Source: Candidatus Poseidoniia archaeon (GTDB lineage: Archaea > Thermoplasmatota > Poseidoniia > MGIII > CG-Epi1). From it: a DNA stretch of 38,018 nt. The DNA lies in contig JAPYSZ010000003.1 in the NCBI GenBank assembly GCA_029941645.1, forward strand, positions 1 to 38,018, read 5' to 3'. The notes beneath the pieces were generated by a model. It saw nothing but the letters and a program-made list of their open reading frames with translations. It was not told where the DNA came from and searched no databases. Position 1 is the stretch's first letter. Each line of letters begins with the position of its first letter. A program made the translations under genes and the position numbers. Shown piece after piece: positions 34,098-38,018 of this stretch.

Positions 34098-37000
34098 TTA
34101 GTATTTAATTTTCTTCAATGGTTCGAGGTAATCCATTTCCCCTTCTTTCAGTGAATAAATTGCTGCCTTAGCTCCAGTTAATGTAGTTATGAATGGTATT
34201 CCAAGTTCAACAGCTAGTCGTCTCATTTGAGCGCCGTCTGTTGCCGCTCTTCTACCGGTTGGGAGATTGATAATTAAATCCACATTCCCTCTTCTCATTA
34301 TCGACAGGATATCTGGTTGTTTTTTATCTGATATTCTCCAAATTACTTTACTCTTTATTCCTTTTTTACGTAAGTGAGCTGCTGTTCCTTTTGTTGCAAT
34401 AAAGTTAAACCCTAAATCAATTAATTCCTGTGCTATATTGCCAAATTCAAGTTTTAATTTATTAGAAATAGAAAGGAATACAGTTCCTTTGGTTGGTAGT
34501 TTTTTGTTCCCACCCTTCATTGCTTTAAGGTACGCTGTACCGAAATTGGGCCCATGACCCATTGCTTCACCTGTAGATTTCATTTCAGGTCCTAATACAG
34601 TATCTAATCCCGTTATTTTCAACCAAGAAAAGATTGGTACTTTTACTGAGGCACCTTTCATTGGAATTATTTTAGGCAAATTAGTTATCTTTTCTCCAAG
34701 CATTATGTTTACTGCGATTCTTGCTAAAGGATAACCCGTTGATTTGCTGACATAGGGCAGGGTTCGACTTGCTCTTGGATTTGCTTCCAAAAGGTATATT
34801 TTTTGATCTTTAATTGCCAATTGTAAGTTAGCGGTGCCTACAATGTTCAGTGCTTTAGCTACTTTTGTTGATATTACTACAATCTCTTCTACATCTGCCT
34901 TTGATAATGATTGAGGAGGCATTACACAGGCACTATCTCCTGAATGTACACCAGCCATTTCTATTTGTTCCATAATGGCTCCGATGACAACTTTCTTTCC
35001 ATCCGAAATCAAATCTACATCCAGTTCTATTGCTCCTTCTAAAAATTTGTCAACCAAAACAGGTTTTTCTGGTGAGGCATGTGTTTCTAATCTAAGATAT
35101 TTTTGTAATTGGGTTTTGTTGTGAACAATCTCCATCCCTCTTCCACCTAGAACAAAGGAGGGTCTGACAAGTACAGGAAAACCTATCTTTTCTGCACAAT
35201 TAATTACTTCTTCGGAATTTTCTGCAGCAGCCCATTCAGGCATATTTATTCCAGCCTTCTCCATCAATTTACCACATTTACCTCGGTCCTCAGCTAGATT
35301 CATATCGCTAACCTTTGTTCCTAGAATTTTTGTTTTGAGCTTTTCTTTTTTGATATATTTCTCGATATGTGTAGCTAAATTCACGGCAGTTTGACCGCCC
35401 AGTTGGAGTACAATTCCATACGGTTTTTCTAAATCTAATATTTCAAAGATAGATTCTCTATCTAAAGGTTCAAAGTATAACCTATCTGAAGCATCAAAAT
35501 CGGTTGATACAGTTTCTGGATTATTGTTGATTACTACAGCTTCATATCCTGCGTTTCTAGCGGCCTGTACTCCATGGACAGTTGAATAATCAAATTCTAT
35601 ACCTTGGCCTATTCTTATCGGGCCTGAACCTAAAATAACTACGCTTTTCCCAGTCTTAAAATCAGACTTATTATCGGCATATGTAGTGTAGAAATAGGGT
35701 GTTTTAGCTTTAAATTCTCCTGCACAAGTGTCTACCATCAGAAAACTAGAAGTAATCCCAAGTTTCTTTCTTTGATTTCTAATTTTTTCTTGTGTAATTC
35801 CTGTCAAATGACTTATGTGCTTATCTCCAAATCCATTCATTTTTATTTCTCTAAGCAGTTTATCTGGAATCTTTTTCTCACATATTTCAGTTTCAATTTC
35901 AAGTCTGACTAGTTTGGCGATTCTTTCTATGAAGAAAGCATGAAATTCTGTAATTTTACATACTTTATCAATACTTCTTCGTGTAGCCTTTTTGTTTTTG
36001 AGATATGACCATATTGCTAAGAGTCTTCTATCATTTGGTGTACTAAGATTCTTCATTAGTTTCTTTTCACTCCATTTCAAATCTTCAGGGAATCCTTTTC
36101 CTTGGCCTATTGATCTCCATGCTTTCATCAAAGATTCTTCGAATGTCCTTCCGATAGACATTGTTTCTCCCGTAGATTTCATTTGAGTTCCTAATTCTCT
36201 ATCTGCTAGTTTGAATTTGTCAAATGGCCATCTTGGTATTTTAGTTACAATATAATCTATAGATGGTTCAAAGGCAGCACTCGTATTGCCGGTAACACGG
36301 TTAGATAATTCGTGTAGTTTGTGTCCTAAACACAACATTGATGCAATTCTGGCAATTGGTACTCCTGTTGCTTTTGATGCTAATGCAGAGGAACGTGAAA
36401 CTCTGGGGTTTACTTCAATAAGAATATAATCTTGAGTTTTGGAATTATATGCAAATTGTACGTTACATCCCCCTACAATCCCTAAACTCCTGACAACTTT
36501 TAGAGCTGATGTTCTCAATTTTTGATAGGATCTTTCAGGAAGGGTTAGGGCCGGTGCAACAACTATAGATTCTCCGGTGTGAACACCCATTGGATCAAGA
36601 TTTTCCATAGAACAAACAATGATTGCATTATCATCTTCATCTCTTAATACTTCAAATTCAAATTCTAACCAACCCAAAATTGATTCTTCAATTAGTAATT
36701 GTTTTACAGGCGAGAGTGCTAGTCCTCTGCCAGCAATAATTTCCAATTCCTCTTTTGTGTATGCTATTCCACCTCCAGTTCCTCCAAGAGTAAACGCAGG
36801 TCTGACCACAACAGGAAATTTCAATTTTTTAGCAAGTCTTAGTGAATCATCAATTGTATTTGCGATTCCACTTGTTGCAACAGGTTCTCCTATTTCTACC
36901 ATTCTTTTACGGAAGAGATCTCTGTCTTCGGACATTTCAATTGATTTTAATGAAGTTCCCAATATTTTGACCCCGTGTTTTTTGAGAACTCCTTTTGCAT

Positions 37001-37298
37001 CTAATCCCACGGTCAGATTCAATCCCGTTTGGCCTCCCATTCCAGGTATTATTGCATCAGGTTTTTCTTTTTCTATAATTTTCTCTACAGATTCTACAGT
37101 TAGTGGTTCAATGTATACAATATCTGCAGTATCTGGGTCTGTCTGTATAGTTGCAGGATTGGAATTAACAAGTACAACTTTGTGGCCAGCTTCTCTTAAT
37201 GCAGAACAACATTGCGTTCCTGAATAATCAAATTCAGCAGCTTGGCCAATGATAATGGGTCCTGCTCCAGGAACCAAGATTTTCATTTTACTCATCAA
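34098..37298 (-). CDS. carB: Carbamoyl-phosphate synthase large subunit
   Basis: 1066 aa. Duplicated ATP-grasp halves (GPIIIGQAAEFDYSG... and GPIRIGQGIEFDYS...), EVNPRVSRSSALASKATG / EANPRASRTLPYVSKSTG, and a C-terminal MGS-like domain. Confidence 0.96.
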   Translation of the reverse strand: MMSKMKILVPGAGPIIIGQAAEFDYSGTQCCSALREAGHKVVLVNSNPATIQTDPDTADIVYIEPLTVESVEKIIEKEKPDAIIPGMGGQTGLNLTVGLDAKGVLKKHGVKILGTSLKSIEMSEDRDLFRKRMVEIGEPVATSGIANTIDDSLRLAKKLKFPVVVRPAFTLGGTGGGIAYTKEELEIIAGRGLALSPVKQLLIEESILGWLEFEFEVLRDEDDNAIIVCSMENLDPMGVHTGESIVVAPALTLPERSYQKLRTSALKVVRSLGIVGGCNVQFAYNSKTQDYILIEVNPRVSRSSALASKATGVPIARIASMLCLGHKLHELSNRVTGNTSAAFEPSIDYIVTKIPRWPFDKFKLADRELGTQMKSTGETMSIGRTFEESLMKAWRSIGQGKGFPEDLKWSEKKLMKNLSTPNDRRLLAIWSYLKNKKATRRSIDKVCKITEFHAFFIERIAKLVRLEIETEICEKKIPDKLLREIKMNGFGDKHISHLTGITQEKIRNQRKKLGITSSFLMVDTCAGEFKAKTPYFYTTYADNKSDFKTGKSVVILGSGPIRIGQGIEFDYSTVHGVQAARNAGYEAVVINNNPETVSTDFDASDRLYFEPLDRESIFEILDLEKPYGIVLQLGGQTAVNLATHIEKYIKKEKLKTKILGTKVSDMNLAEDRGKCGKLMEKAGINMPEWAAAENSEEVINCAEKIGFPVLVRPSFVLGGRGMEIVHNKTQLQKYLRLETHASPEKPVLVDKFLEGAIELDVDLISDGKKVVIGAIMEQIEMAGVHSGDSACVMPPQSLSKADVEEIVVISTKVAKALNIVGTANLQLAIKDQKIYLLEANPRASRTLPYVSKSTGYPLARIAVNIMLGEKITNLPKIIPMKGASVKVPIFSWLKITGLDTVLGPEMKSTGEAMGHGPNFGTAYLKAMKGGNKKLPTKGTVFLSISNKLKLEFGNIAQELIDLGFNFIATKGTAAHLRKKGIKSKVIWRISDKKQPDILSIMRRGNVDLIINLPTGRRAATDGAQMRRLAVELGIPFITTLTGAKAAIYSLKEGEMDYLEPLKKIKY

Positions 37299-38018
37299 TC
37301 ATTTCTCCTACCTTGTTGAATAAAACATTAGCATCCATAGGCCCCGGGGCCGCTTCAGGATGGAATTGAACAGACCAGCAGTTCCTTCCACTTATTCCTT
37401 CGCAAGTGCCATCATTTAAATTAACGAATGTTTCTTTTACGTTCTTAGGCAATTTGTGCAATGCAAAGCCATGGTTCTGTGAAGTAATGTACACCTTCTC
37501 GGTTTTCACGTGTTTAACGGGCTGATTTCCGCCCCTGTGTCCATATTTCAGCTTGTATGTCTCACCACCAAGTGCAAGTCCTAGGATTTGATGTCCTAAA
37601 CATATGCCTATTGTTGGATATTCTTTTATTAGGGATTTTACAGTATCAACAACAGTTTTCATTTCAGGATGATCTGGATCTCCAGGTCCATTACTCATAA
37701 AAATCAAATCAGGTTTTGTTTTCCGTACTTGTTCTATACTATAATTCCAAGGCACTACTGTGACTTTATTCTTTTCAGCTAGATTAGTTACAATAGACTG
37801 TTTTACTCCCCAGTCTAAAAGAGTCACATTATGTCCTTTCTTTCCTTTCTTGTATATTTTTTTTGTTGATACTTTAGCTACTAAGTTTGAGTCTGAAGGC
37901 CATTCCATTTTTTTTGCCCTCTTAACACCTTCTTCAGGCGTCATTTTACCATCCGTGCTTATTACAGCCCTTAATGTTCCAGATTCTCTAGTTATGATTG
38001 TTAATTTTCTCGTATCAA
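37288..38018 (-). CDS. carA: Carbamoyl-phosphate synthase small subunit (glutamine amidotransferase); 5' end runs off the right edge
   Basis: GATase triad region GICLGHQ...QFHPEA. The frame stays open upstream of the ORF-track Met to the window edge (..DTRKLTIITRESGTLRAVISTDGK = CarA N-domain). 11-nt overlap with carB. Confidence 0.9.
   Translation of the reverse strand, partial: DTRKLTIITRESGTLRAVISTDGKMTPEEGVKRAKKMEWPSDSNLVAKVSTKKIYKKGKKGHNVTLLDWGVKQSIVTNLAEKNKVTVVPWNYSIEQVRKTKPDLIFMSNGPGDPDHPEMKTVVDTVKSLIKEYPTIGICLGHQILGLALGGETYKLKYGHRGGNQPVKHVKTEKVYITSQNHGFALHKLPKNVKETFVNLNDGTCEGISGRNCWSVQFHPEAAPGPMDANVLFNKVGEMIDE

Noticed and set aside
1-38018. CRISPR arrays, insertion sequences, integrases, toxin-antitoxin or known defence gene sets, prophage remnants and rRNA genes.
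   Set aside because: I noticed no direct-repeat/spacer periodicity, no transposase- or integrase-like translations, and no rRNA-like conserved stretches. The only PIN protein is the conserved aIF2-gamma-linked Fcf1-like gene, not a VapC with an antitoxin partner.

Overview
This is an AT-rich, extremely gene-dense archaeal chromosome segment. The archaeal assignment rests on thermosome, aIF2-gamma, S6e, L18e/L13/S9/RpoN, Alba, deoxyhypusine synthase and aTrm56. Gene content suggests an uncultivated marine Thermoplasmatota-like (MGII/MGIII-type) lineage, but I cannot verify that. Almost all of the window is housekeeping. It includes a sugar-phosphate mutase, thermosome, an orphan bacterial-type aceE, the S6e-aIF2g-PIN-DHS operon, an ABC exporter, two tRNAs, a ROK kinase, the L18e-L13-S9-RpoN cluster, purN, a riboflavin reductase, panB and carAB. 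I saw no CRISPR array, transposase, integrase or recognisable defence genes. The stretch most worth a second look is 20.07-31.8 kb, a complete nuoABCDHIJKLMN (complex I) operon. It lacks the NuoEFG input module and carries several add-ons readable directly in the translations: (1) a signal peptide plus type-1 copper (cupredoxin) domain fused to the N-terminus of NuoM; (2) a split NuoJ whose second half has two tandem beta-sandwich repeats inserted in an outward-facing loop; (3) a NuoI with an extra C-terminal 2x[4Fe-4S] ferredoxin domain; (4) extensions on NuoB, NuoH and NuoL; (5) a coupled 86-aa trailing ORF. Tail-to-tail with this operon sits a polyprenyl synthase and a PAS-domain::MenA prenyltransferase fusion, which suggests sensor-controlled quinone synthesis. 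Two other noncoding or small-ORF spots stand out in this compact genome. One is a 239-nt ORF-free spacer between rpoN and tRNA-Pro. The other is a 39-aa highly basic ORF coupled to the ROK kinase. Novelty of any of these cannot be established without database searches.
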